Below, one piece after another: positions 37,190 through 50,083 of a stretch of DNA of 64,000 nucleotides. The notes below the pieces were generated by a model, which was given only the letters and a program-made list of their open reading frames with translations, was not told the origin of the DNA and made no database searches. The position numbers and the translations under genes are program-made. Location: contig CAVNZM010000002.1 in assembly GCA_963693365.1 (NCBI GenBank), forward strand, positions 9,025,059-9,089,058, given 5' to 3'. The DNA comes from Amoebidium appalachense (lineage: Eukaryota > Protista > Ichthyosporea). Position 1 is the stretch's first letter, and each line of letters starts with the position of its first letter.

Positions 37190-38070
37190 GATACAAGAGG
37201 TACAAAAATGATGACGTCACCAGCCGCCTATTTTGGCCAAAATTTCTATGAGCACATCAATAAAGTCATAATAAATAAATAAAAATTCGCAACGAGAAAA
37301 AAATATTTTTGGCATTTTCGGAAATTTTGAAACGTGCCTTGGTAGCCCTCGATGAGACGCTTCTAAAAATGCAGTTTACGCCCCAGCGTAGCAATTTCCC
37401 GATCCCCCATGATCGTCGATTTGATTCTAAGATCTAAAGTGTCCACGCAATAAAAAAGTGTGTAAACCCCAAGATCTAAACTCTCCCACGGGGTCGATCT
37501 GATCTACGTCGTCCCGGCGGCCACCATAGCTTTAGGCCCAACTGTTTTACTTTCCAAATCCAGTATAGAAAACTTTCTTTTTTTGGGAATGAGCCTTCTC
37601 TACGGATTGGCGAAGACTCAAGCTTGGTCCTTGACCATGAAGGTTACGTAACCTTCAGCCCATTGGCTACGACCCCGTCGGGGCCGGGGGGCCAAATTCC
37701 GATCATTCCTGAGCTATTTGCACACGGGCCACGAAGTGTAATAAAAGTGACGACCGTCGTACTGTGAGCGGGTCCAATTCTCAGTTCCGAACACCGGGTA
37801 GGCCTGAAACACGGCCCTCTGAAAACACCGCTGACTGGCTGACTCGTATGCGCATGTATGGAAAAATATGTCGCTGAAGCCAACTTGTTGACCCCGCCAT
37901 GGCCAACCTAGGTAGATAAAACGTTACCAGGTAAACTACAAAAAAAAAATTTGATCTTGAGGCAGGTGCACACATGAATTTAGTGCCCATACGGAATATG
38001 TACATGCGCACATGATGGATCCATAGAAATTTAGAAAACCAGAAAAACACCTTTCATAACTTATTTGAAC
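37190..38070. mobile_element. Possible degraded DNA-transposon remnant
   Basis: Microsatellite-free non-coding block with an imperfect inverted repeat aaatttctatg-N4-catca (37240-37259 vs 38012-38031) and a central 20-bp palindrome at 37638-37657. Ends are not defined. Confidence 0.35.
37439..37470 (+). mobile_element. 32-bp, extremely 5'-truncated family B insertion with 10-bp TSD
   Basis: gtgtccacgcaataaaaaagtgtgtaaacccc matches 36341-36371 with one extra A. It is flanked by aagatctaaa at 37429-37438 and 37471-37480. Confidence 0.9.
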
Positions 38071-39188
38071 GTAGCCTACTTACAGAACAGTACTTCTACG
38101 TGCAGGTCAACATTCATAGGTTTGTTTGCCAAAGGCGTGCCGCATGCGCATATCGTGCAAGGTGAGGCAAATAGATTTTCCGCTCAGCCATTGGTTGGGA
38201 ACATGCCATGGGATATTCCCAAGAATGCAAAATCTGCACAGCTGTATAGTGTTGAACCTTTGTCTCTTTGATATCAGACTATTATAGGACTTCAGCACAA
38301 TGCAGATCCAAGGAAATAAACGTTTCCCTTAATAATGCCTGTGCAGGCTGCTTTATTATTTCTCAACGCGCCGCAAAATAAGTATGATAACCGCAATCGG
38401 CACAGACATGTCTTGTTTCACTGACGCATACCTAACCGTTATAATTGCATACCAGCGACATACAACAGTGTAACAACACAGGACAATGCATCGTTCTGAT
38501 TGGTGGTCCGTCAACAAGACCCAATCTTCATTTGGTTACTAAATATGTATCCTTACCCTAAAAAAGCCTGTATTGATGGCTTCATGCAAAAATTAGAACA
38601 TGGTTCCGTAATATTCATGTTATTATTAAATAGGTTTATAGACTGCAAGAAAATAGCACGGGGTTTAATATTCTATACATCTTCATAAGGTATGACGCCA
38701 CCACATGTGACGGCTGGAATATATATAAATTGCATAGTTGTCGGTACGCGGTACACATGTATGTACATATAATATTTGGGCTCTGCTCTAGCTTTCGTGT
38801 CATTGCCGCCCGAATATTTTTCTACATATACACTAATTGGGTGTGAAATCATAACGTTGGTTTTCTTCCGCTCTAAGGTAAAGAATTAACCGCAACTATT
38901 CTTGCAGTCTGTGTCATATGAATGATCTTATGCGCGGTGCCGAGCAGAGCTGAAAGAAGTCCGACCGATGTGGCGTGACTGCGCGCACTGCAGGCAAACC
39001 ATTGCAAACTGCGTGACCTCATGCGTTTGGTCATAGGCTTTTGTAGTTTTTATTTGGAAAGGTGCTGTCGCGGAGGTCTGCGCGGCGCTGCATGTGTACC
39101 GCTGCACCGAGCAGGCCTTAAAATAACAATTCGTTCAGGTCATTATCAAGATTGTGCTTGGATTGCACGCAGCCAGGCACGTACCACC

Positions 39189-40295
39189 ATGTTCCTGTTA
39201 CTCACTTTCTTGTTATCCCTTAGTAGTACTGGCGCAGAAGGTGCTGTTGTCACAGTAGCTCCTGGTGTAGGGTCCCTCTCCACGGCAATCCAGGGAGCAG
39301 GGAATGGAGACACGTTGGAACTTGGCGCAGGTGTTTACACGGAAACGGGGCTACTCAGTTTCAACTCCAGCGTGAGTATTGTGGGCAGAAATGACAACAC
39401 AACCTTCTTGAATGTGACGGGTGGATTGGGGCTGCACAATTCAGTTGCTGGCGTAGATGCAGGAGTGTATAACGTTTCGTTTTCGAATCTTACGCTTACA
39501 TCGCCTTTGGCTCCAAGGCCGTGCTTCCCGTCCTACCCTGAGCCCCTCAGAGCCAACTTCTCGGTCGATATTGTGTCTGTTGAGGTCAGAAACAACATGC
39601 TTAACGTTGTTGCAGGTAAGCTACTGTTGAGATACTATTGCCATGGTATACGTTAATACCGGGATAAAATACACAGCTATGATGGTACCGAACGAAAGGA
39701 AGGCTGTCAGTGTCAAGAGTGTAAGTCTGCAACATGTTTAGGGTCGAGTCGAACATTTAAATAGAGGAATAATATAGAACTACTGAGATTTATGGATTAA
39801 TGACTACTCAGTAAAAAATTATATTCACGGTGCCACAATCGTGACATTGCCTATCTATTTTTGGTGGGTTAAATACCCCCCCCCCCTCCCCCCCCCTCCC
39901 TCCTTCTCCTCGCCATCATAACGGCTCACTTTCCCCGTGGCTTCAGGTTGTCACGATCTAATTTTTAGCCTTAACCAGGCGGGAAAAAAAGCTTGCATCA
40001 GCTGCATTGATATTCATGCTTGTTCTATGCTATTGATTAATCAAGGAAACCTTCTTCCTTTATTTTTTTTTTAAACAAAATGAACGTCTTTCAAATGTTT
40101 ACAGAAATCATTTTCAAATACGACACTCCCCCCCCCCCCCCCCCCCCCCCACCCCCCCACCCACCCACCCCTGGCTCGTTTGGGACTCACCCTCTGCCGC
40201 TATGTACTTAACGGTACGCTGCGTGCGTCTCGCTCGGGTAGAAATCCGTTTCAGCGTGAGAGTCGTCTCCGAGGCTCCCAAAGGAGACAGCTCCC

Positions 40296-40326
<31 letters not shown>

Positions 40327-42955
40327 AAAGTTCAAAGGTTAACCAAAAAGATAAGTAACCGTGGCTCTTCTGCATCTTTACGGTTGACTTATTGACTACC
40401 AACACAGACCTCGGGAAGATATTCGGCACGCGTTCGCTGACGGGGTTCACGATGGGTAACTGCACGTACAGTGCCGCGGCCGGCAGCGCCATCCGCACAA
40501 TGGCCACCCACGTGGCCATAGACACGTGCCACACCCTTCTTTCCTTCTCGCTGGAGTTCAGCAGGCTGCGCAACTGCGGCTTCACGAGAGAGACCGGCCC
40601 GCGCTTTGTGTCATATCTCGGCGAGCTCAACGTTAAATTCCACGAAACTGTCTCGATGAGAGGCCCCGTCGGTTCGGTGGCACGCACCGCAAACGCCATT
40701 GCAATCCTACGCATCCAGTTGGATAGACAGCGCGCGGTCTCTGCCACAGTGACGGTCAACTACGGCGGGGCCATCAAGGTGCAGGCAGTGATCACCCGCG
40801 TGGAGTTCAACGAGACAACCACCACGTCGCAGGTGGACGTTGCTGTCGTCATGCCGTACCCCTTCGTCGTGCCCACGGGGGTGGTCGGGGCCATGCAGGC
40901 AGTGAACACCACTCGGCCTGTAAACGTCAGCAGCATATGGACCATGGTCGACCCGTCGTGCCCGGGCAGGGGTGCTGGCCGTGCGTGCGCACAGAAATTC
41001 ACGTTCACGGTGGAGGGGTGTCTGCTTACGGGGGAGTATCTCGCCCAGAGCGTGCCCATAATGTGCCAGACCACCGACCAATACGGCAATCCGACGAGCC
41101 CCGATGACTGTCCCCCTACACCCAACGGCGGCATCGACGTGCGCTTCACGCTGGACTCGAAGGACTTCTGCGCCGTCAACGAAAACAACCTCGGCAGGCC
41201 CTTCAACGCAACCCTCAAGCTGTGGTATGTCAGTCTCGATGGTGTGGCAACAGTTACTGCCGCAACTGATTATCGGAATGTTCCGTGTTTCTCACGAGAC
41301 ACCCTTTTCTGTTGTTTTTTTGTGTGTTAACGTTTGTTCGTTTGTTTGCATTGTTTGTTTGTTTGCCGTTAAACTTTGTTTGGGTGGATGCATTGGTGTT
41401 GCTGCGGCACAGTGTTCTATTGACGTTTTATTTTTCACTTTTCTTTTTTCTTCCCCAACCCCCCCTCCCCCCGGGCCCCCTTCTCCCCCTGAGTCCCTCT
41501 TCTACTCTGTTTTTCTCACATGCTAATGGTGCCGTCAATGGGTGCCCCATGATAGTAGCCTAACTAAGCAGACACAGTACCGAACTCCGTTAATAATACC
41601 CCCCCCTCCCCCCCCACCATTTCTTACCTGCAGGGCCGATGCCAACTTCAGCACGCCACTCACAGCCAGGAGCCTGACTCTCGGCAGCAACATGTACTAC
41701 ACCATCGAGCTGACCCCCAGCTCCCTGGGCCTGTACATCGAAGACGCCCAGATCGTCAATGCCTCCCGGTTGGCACGCGAGGATGGCGGCGAGTACGCCT
41801 GCCCGGCCGGCGAGATCGACATTTCGGGATTCAACCAATCACAGGGCTCCGACGGGGACCTCCCGGGCATTTCTTCGATTGGCAGCTATCTGCCCCTTTC
41901 TCCAAATGTCACCTGTGTGAACGGAACTATCATAAGGGGTATGTAACACACCCGCACCCTCTTCCCCCAGCTCCGTTCACCGGAAAGCATTGCCACTGAG
42001 GTGACTATGGATGTGTACAGTTTATTTTGATTTCTTTTTTCTCCCTTTTTCTGCTTCAGCCTCTAGGTCAATTGCATCCAAAGGGTGGGTCAGCTATACT
42101 TCATCATCACATTTTTTTCAACCCACTTCGTTTCCTGTCTTTTTTTTTTTTTTTTTTGAACCCACAAAGTGCCCTATCAGTGTATTTGTTGTAGGTTCGG
42201 CAAGTCATCAAAAGGAGGGTAGTACCACTGCAGGCCTAGCTGTTTGAAATAGAGATAACCATTACGTGAAATGTATTTAACCAGTACGTGAAATGTATCT
42301 GACTTCCTACCCATTTGCACAGAGGAGGCCAACACAGCAATTTTTTTCACCAACTCAGACGAAACTGGCGAGTTCATCCAACTCAATAGCAAGGAGACAG
42401 TCACAGCACTTTCGTATGTCCTCAGTGCGAATATCTCGTCCATGGTTTTGTGCAATGTGACGGTCTACACGTTCAGCGAGCCCAACTTTCTGGGCACCAG
42501 CTACAACTTCAGCAACGTGGCGCCCGGCCCATGCAGCCACATAGACCTCACAGGTGGGTTTTACTTTTGCACGGAGATACTATGCGAATATGTAATCATT
42601 TTGTGGGAATGGTTTTTGTCGCAGGAGCGGCTTCTTCCCCCACCCCCACCACAAGGTGCCGGGGAAGGGGGAGGGGAGAAAAGTTAGAGAAGGGTTCGAA
42701 TACTCTTTTCTTTTTTTTTTGGGGGGGGGGGGGGGGGGGAGGGTGGGGGGGGGGGAAGGGGGGGATAAGAAGTAGCCTGAGGAATGTAGAGGAATGGCAC
42801 GCGCCGCTTAAGGGGAAGCACAACCCATAGGTTAGGCAATCATGAAAACGGTTTCGTTTGACATCAATTCTTCGCCGTCGTGCAGTTGACAGACCGGCAG
42901 CAAACAACCAAATAAGGTCAATCATGATGGCCGGTGCTCCACCTCCCCCAGGTGG

Positions 42956-42994
<39 letters not shown>

Positions 42995-43173
42995 CAACAC
43001 ACACACACACACACCACCACCACCACCAAGTTAATTTTTTTTTTTTTTGGAAGTTCCTTTGAGGCTCCGAATACATCCTCTGCCCCAACATTTTAATTTA
43101 CATCTGTTGGCACAAACGCCCTCAACCAGGCGGCACTGTCGTTCAGGGGGCGTCATGCATAGGCAGTCACTGC

Positions 43174-43207
<34 letters not shown>

Positions 43208-44140
43208 CTTTCTCCCTTTTTTTCTTTTCCCCTTCTTGACCCATTGCGCGACGACCACGACCTTTGCCTTCCATATAATCGCTTGCATGTGATCTTAAAT
43301 CAGAGTCTTCCTCATGTTTGTTGACTTTGTGTCGAGATCCACCCTGCTTTTGTACACTCCTGTCGCATTCCTCCCTCCTCCCCTGAACCACACACACACG
43401 CCATATAAGGACGAAGGGACCAAACCCCCGATGATCCCACACAAGGTGAACTGCCTTCCATATACGGTTCCTCATCTACCATAAATGGAGCAAGTGGGGC
43501 CATGGTGACCTTAATCGTTAACACCCACCCCCCTGACAGCCTTTAAGGGTGCCGGGTGCTATCGGCCCGGCTACTGGGACTTGTCCAACTACCAGTGGAA
43601 ATACAAGTTTGCCAACGCAACATCAGTTGAGTCATGCTACACGGCATGCAATACTAGGCCCTTCTTTATGATCGGTCTGGGCCGGTCATGCTACTGCGGC
43701 ATGATGTCAAAAATAGAACTCTACGGGGATCTGCACCCGTCTGCGTGGTGTGACCAGCGGTGCCCGGACGACGATATGGCATGCGGCGGCATCAACACTG
43801 GAAACTTATACCTTAAGACAGAGTGGTTAGCAGGTATGACACCCAACCCTCCCCAATCCCCCCCCCCCTCCCCCCCCCCCCTTCCTTCCCGCTCACTCCA
43901 CCCCACCCCGCTCTTCTCCCTATCCACCCACTCTCTTCTCAACCTATGCTTCTTTTCCGTGTTGCTCATGTCCCTTCCACTCCCCGCTCACTTCTTCGAA
44001 AAAATTAGACATCCATGCACAAGACCCAACATCAAAGGGTATGCATATATAATAATGGCCTTTTTTCCCTCTAAAAATGTACCTTCATCTAATCCCTCTC
44101 TCCCTCCCTCCCTTCATCAGCCCCTTCCCTCGCTCCTTCG

Positions 44141-44180
<40 letters not shown>

Positions 44181-44388
44181 ATCCTTCCTTTCCCCAACAT
44201 GCTGCCATTGTCTTTCGGTGCACCTGGGCAGTCACGCTCCCTCACATACTGACTGGTGATAGAACATGTTGTTTATTCTTTAATGTTTATTTTTAGATCA
44301 CACTTGTGAAGTCCCCACTGGTGACCCTTTTGGTGATCATGCTTTCCGGTGTAGAATCCTCTTTCCGAATCTGAAATGACAGTAGCCT

Positions 44389-44423
<35 letters not shown>

Positions 44424-44492
44424 TTCCCCCCCCCCCCCCCCCTCCCCCTCCCCTCCGTGTCCTCGTTCTTTCTGATGCATTCACCCATTCCC

Positions 44493-44524
<32 letters not shown>

Positions 44525-44866
44525 AAAAAAAAGAAAAAACAAAAAAAAGAAAAAAAAACCTCCTGGTTCTCCCCACTAATGCATACATGCCCACTGAGAA
44601 TGGGCCCTGCATATCCTGCGTCCTTGTCTTGTTTTGCCTTTCTGCTTTAGCTTGCATGTTACATGTGCTATCTCCTATTTGTTGTGCTCCACGTACTTCG
44701 TGTCATCACTGTATTCTGTGTAATGCATTCATACCCCCCCCCCCCCCCCCCCCCCCCTTCCCCCCCCCCCAACCCGGCAACTTTACAGAAAATTTAGCCT
44801 GCCTTTCCCCTTCTCCACCACCGCTCATGATGCCGACAATGTGGCACTCACACAAAACCAATACCT

Positions 44867-44937
<71 letters not shown>

Positions 44938-45281
44938 GAAACAGACAAGGTAGTACAGGTTTCAAGCGCGCTAGCGCCCAACCAAGGAGCTACAACAACA
45001 CTGACCACCTTGGATATGCCAACTATCCCGTCCACCGTCTATCCCATCGGCTATATGAGATACTGCAACTTGGCCTTCGAGATATTCGACAAAGAGAACT
45101 ACCAAGGAAACAGCAGCGTGTACTGGGCACCCGCATGTGCAGACATGAATTTGCCCAGCCACTTCCGAAACGGTAACATGAAATCCATGCGCGAAGTGAA
45201 ACTCACGGCCGTCCCAAGTATGTGTCTTCCCCCCCCCTCCCCCCCCCCCCCCCCCCCCCCCACCACCACCACCACCCCACC

Positions 45282-45326
<45 letters not shown>

Positions 45327-45607
45327 AAAAAAAAAAACCAACCCCACCCCCAAGATCAGACACACGCACGGCCTGTCACACCAAAACTTTCTTTGTTGAC
45401 CCTTTCGTGAGCTATCAGGCACCTACCCGGCTTATGGCTGGGCACACGTCTTCCCCTCCTCCCCCCCCCCCCCCCCCCCCCCCCCCTCAAATTGTCCCTG
45501 TTAACCCATGCACACACCGAGACCAACACGTATGCATCAAGGACCCCTCAAGTCTTGCTTCTGTCTCTCGAACACCGCATTCTTAGCAATAACCACTGCA
45601 CCTGCAA

Positions 45608-45653
<46 letters not shown>

Positions 45654-48600
45654 GCTTCCCACCAACCACCTCTCTCTTTCGTCCACCCCCCCCCCCCCCC
45701 CCCCCACCACTACCACCACCACCACCACCACCACCACCGCTCTGGTCTGCATCCTCCTGTTTGGAATTCGGTGTTTCCTGGTGCGTGTGCAAAGCATGTA
45801 GCAGACAAGTAAGCCGCTCTACCGGCCTAAAGAAGTACATTCTCGGTTTCTATAGAGTTTCTTTCTAATGTTTTTACTTTTGTATATTACCCACCATCTA
45901 TGTCGGTTGTCGAATTGACTCACGAGTTGTCACAGTTACCAATGTCCACTGTTATTTTAGGTGATTTTAACACGCGACTCCACCACACAGACACACTGCA
46001 AGTGAGTGTCGGGTACCCATCTAAGCCCCCGGAGCGTGCTATCCCTTTAGCAAGGTATGTCCAAAGTCACACTTTGCGGTTCCCTCAAATATCCCATGCC
46101 CACAACACCGACTGGGGAGTGGCCTTTTGGCCATCAACCATGTCAAAACTCTCTCTCCCTCCTAACCTCTCTAGGTCATCTGACCACTCTCCTATCCTTT
46201 TCCTACCTAAGATCTCCCTTGATCTGCTCCCCCCTCCCCCTCCCACCTTTCGCCTCCGTCTATCCCAGCTTAAGTCACAGTGGGGTAGAGTTGATGTATG
46301 TGTATGCTATGCTACGAAACACCCTATATATATGCGCCTATTAGAATCTGCACAAGCCAGGCCAGATTCACATCTCGTACTAGATACATGCACTAACTTT
46401 ATTGTTGATGATTTGATAGATCTCGGTGATTATGCTGGCGGTGGTAGGAAGGAATATCCCGATGCTCTCTTGTTACCAAACACCACTCCCGCTAGACTAG
46501 GTGAACCCCTGTCTCAAAAGGAAAGCTTGCGCCGGCTTGCTAGTATGAATCGATTTGGCCCCCCTGCTCGTATTATTGGTGATACCACTGGAGACCCCCT
46601 CATAGACTCTGATAAGTATTTCTCGGAACTGTTTAAAGATAGGACCCCCGCTCAGAAACCTATTGTGTGGCCTGTAGACCCATCTATCCCCATAGAATCG
46701 ATCCTCCCCTTTTTCAGTCCCGATGCCATATGGTCTGTGATATCTAGTTATAGCTCTAGTAAGTCTTGTGGACCTGATGGACTCCCTGCTGGGTTTCTTA
46801 AAATCCTTGTTCCCTCCTACCCACAAAAGGAAAGTGATCGTGCTATTAAACCTGATCTTACTATCATGTTAAGCTCTCTCTTTTCTTGGTGTGTTAAATG
46901 TGGACATGTCCCGTCATCTTGGTTAGATACCTTAGTGATCCCCATAGTTAAGAAGGACTCTGAGGGCCCCATATCATCCTTTCGCCCCATTACACTAACC
47001 CAGGTTGTTCGTAGATTCTTTGAAGCTTGCTTACTTAGGTTATTTGCACATCACCCTAGGTTTCAATCTATTCTTCACATACACCCATGCCAATCCGCTT
47101 TTCGTAAAAACAATTCATGTTATGTTCAAATAATGGCACTGCACGATTCTATGCAAGTTGGTGCACAATATGTTGGCTTTATTGATTGGAAAACTGCTTA
47201 CGATTCTGTCTCCCCTGGTCTCCTATGGGAAAAGCTTGCTGCACGGGGTGTACCACACTGCATTGGTGTTCTGTTAGAAGCACTCTTGTCTCAAACCTAT
47301 GGTAGAGCTGTGGTTAATGGGCATCTTTCATATGGTTTTGCTCGTACTAGAGGTCTCTTGCAGGGTTCATTGCTTAGCCCCTTTTTGTTTAACCTATTTA
47401 TAGATGATTTGGCTGTCAAGATTTACGCCGAAAACGATGACCCTATTAATAACTTTCCGCCTGCACTTCTCTATGCTGATGATCTGTCCCTCCTTGCCCG
47501 TACCCCTAGACGCCTGCAAAGATTGTTCGATGTAGTGTCAGAGTGGTGCAAGGCAAACCTTATGATCCTTAACATAGACAAATGTGGTGTTCTTGTACCT
47601 GATATAGCTAACAATTTACACACATTTACATTATCATCTAAACCTGTACCTATAGTTCCAGAATACAAATATCTTGGTGTTCCGGTTGATTCTGTTGGTG
47701 TTATGTTTCCCCATATGGTCGAAAAGAGGGTAGAGTTGGCTCGTAAGCGGTTAGCTTTCTTCTCGGCTAATATTTTTAAAGACACACCCCTCCATCCTTC
47801 TATTAGACTTACATTTATTCGCACTTTTGTCTTCCCGGCATGTGAATATGGTTTACCCCTTCTCGCCGCTTGGATCAAGAAAGAGAGAACTAGAGCGCTT
47901 AAACCCTTGGCAAATTTCCTTGAAGCAGAAGTTGCCTCCTTTCTATCTAACAACTGTTGTAAACCTGGGCCTGTAACGCTCTCGATATATGGTCTGGTCC
48001 CAATAGCTGCTAGAGTATCCTATCTCGCGCTGAAATTCAATAAGCACATAAGCCGCTTAAAGAAGTATTTGCCCTCCCACCCTCTCTTCTCTATCCGACC
48101 TGTCCCCTCCTCACCTCTCCCCTCTTTCCTCCCCTCTCTCTCCCCTTCTCCCCTGGGCACAAATACAAATAAACCCCGCAATAGTGTGTGTGTGACTTTG
48201 GACTGCCACTTACTTATTAAACATGTACACAATCACAAGATAATCACGCAATATAACAAATGGAAAAAGATACCACACGACACTAGACCCGATGAAAGCA
48301 TACACCTTGAAAAACTAAGCCTTATGTCTCGTTTTATATATACTGACCGCCTCAACCATATTGCCAAATATGGCACTCGCAAGTGTATAACACCTAAATA
48401 CATATTACCTTCCTGTAGAACTGGTCTTTCTCTAGCTGATGGTATTATTGATCAATTACCACGCTTTTACTGTACACGTGCTATACAGTGGAGATCTAAT
48501 AAGTATAAGGTGGCATCATTTGCATGCCCAAACAACACACACACACACCAGTTTAACCGGTCATGTATCGCCAAATGTAGTTTGATAGACCACATAATAC

Positions 48601-48759
48601 CGCAACACACACACGTCACATTCACAACAGACACCCAGAAAGATAGCCTACCTGTAAATTACAACATCCTTGATTTTATACTAAACACGCGTAACTACGA
48701 CCTGTTTATTAGATGTATTGATTGGCTTGAGAAACACATCACTACAAAATTATAGCGCA

Positions 48760-48828
<69 letters not shown>

Positions 48829-48860
48829 CCAGCTGATACCGAGTGTCCCGAGGGGAGCCC

Positions 48861-48917
<57 letters not shown>

Positions 48918-49507
48918 GAGGAACCCCAACTAATTGATTTCTCCTTGTAGTCTTTATGGTGTCTCGTAGAGAAAGTAAACCCTGATATATAGTCACCACC
49001 CGACATCTATGTACGTGATCATGATATACCGCTGAGGGGATATTCCGAGCAAAACCCCCCCCCCCATACCTGAGACTGGTTCTCTTTGCCTCGAGTAAAC
49101 AGCGTAAACCCCAGAAGTACATGGCTGCAAATGCATGCCCACCCCCAACCCACCCCACCCTACCGTTCCCTCCCTTTCTTCTTTTCGAACCGCAAGGACT
49201 TGCCTGCATACATTCATATACCGTATTTGCCTCATCACATATAGCAAGCCCATTACCTTTTTTGTTTCAGCAGTCAGATCGCATACCTTCATGGTTCCTA
49301 TCACTGACTTTCGTCCAACACCACAGCGGGTGGATGGTCGTCCACCCAATCAAGCACAGCCAATGCATCCAACCCCACGTCAGTCGTGTATGACGGAGAC
49401 GCCTCAGAGGATCGGTGTTTTTCAACCGCCAGCGAGCTGAATCCGTATATTGAGATTGATTTAGGGGCCCCTACTCGCATTGCTTTTGTAAGTATTGTTT
49501 TGTGCCT

Positions 49508-49540
<33 letters not shown>

Positions 49541-50020
49541 CCCCCACACCCCACCCACCCACCCACCCACCCCCCTCCAGTCTCCTAGAAGTCACAAGTA
49601 AGTCCATTTATTACATTCCCTCAGGGCCAAACAAATTGACATAGACTCTCGATTCTTCCATGTTCCATTCTCTTAAGCCGTGGTATCCATTTTTTTTCGC
49701 GTTTCTGCTGTGCCATTTGATCGAACCAGAACTCTCGAATGTCTTGTTCATACCGCTCTCACTAAGAAAGAAGGGAGAGAAAGGGTGTCCGGGAAACACA
49801 AACACAAACAGTACACACATTCTCGCCTGCCTCTAACCAATTGCCATCCTCTCCACCCCGCACCATTACGAACATCGTTTCCCCTTACCAATGTTCCTCC
49901 ACTTCCCTATTACTCTCTCCGAAAATATCCCCCTCCACCTTCCCCCCCCCCCCTCCCCCCCCCCCCCCCCCCCAACATCCTTCCCCTTCCCACCCCCCTT
50001 CCCCTCCCACCTGCCACGCT

Positions 50021-50083
<63 letters not shown>

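Noticed and set aside
48864-48915. Poly(A) run as the LINE tail
   Set aside because: Homology between copies continues ~195 nt further, and the TSD lies after 49112.
48829-48930. Hammerhead ribozyme in the LINE 3' UTR (ctgatacc...)
   Set aside because: No canonical CUGANGA/GAAA core with supporting stems; the element has an APE domain and is not Penelope-like.
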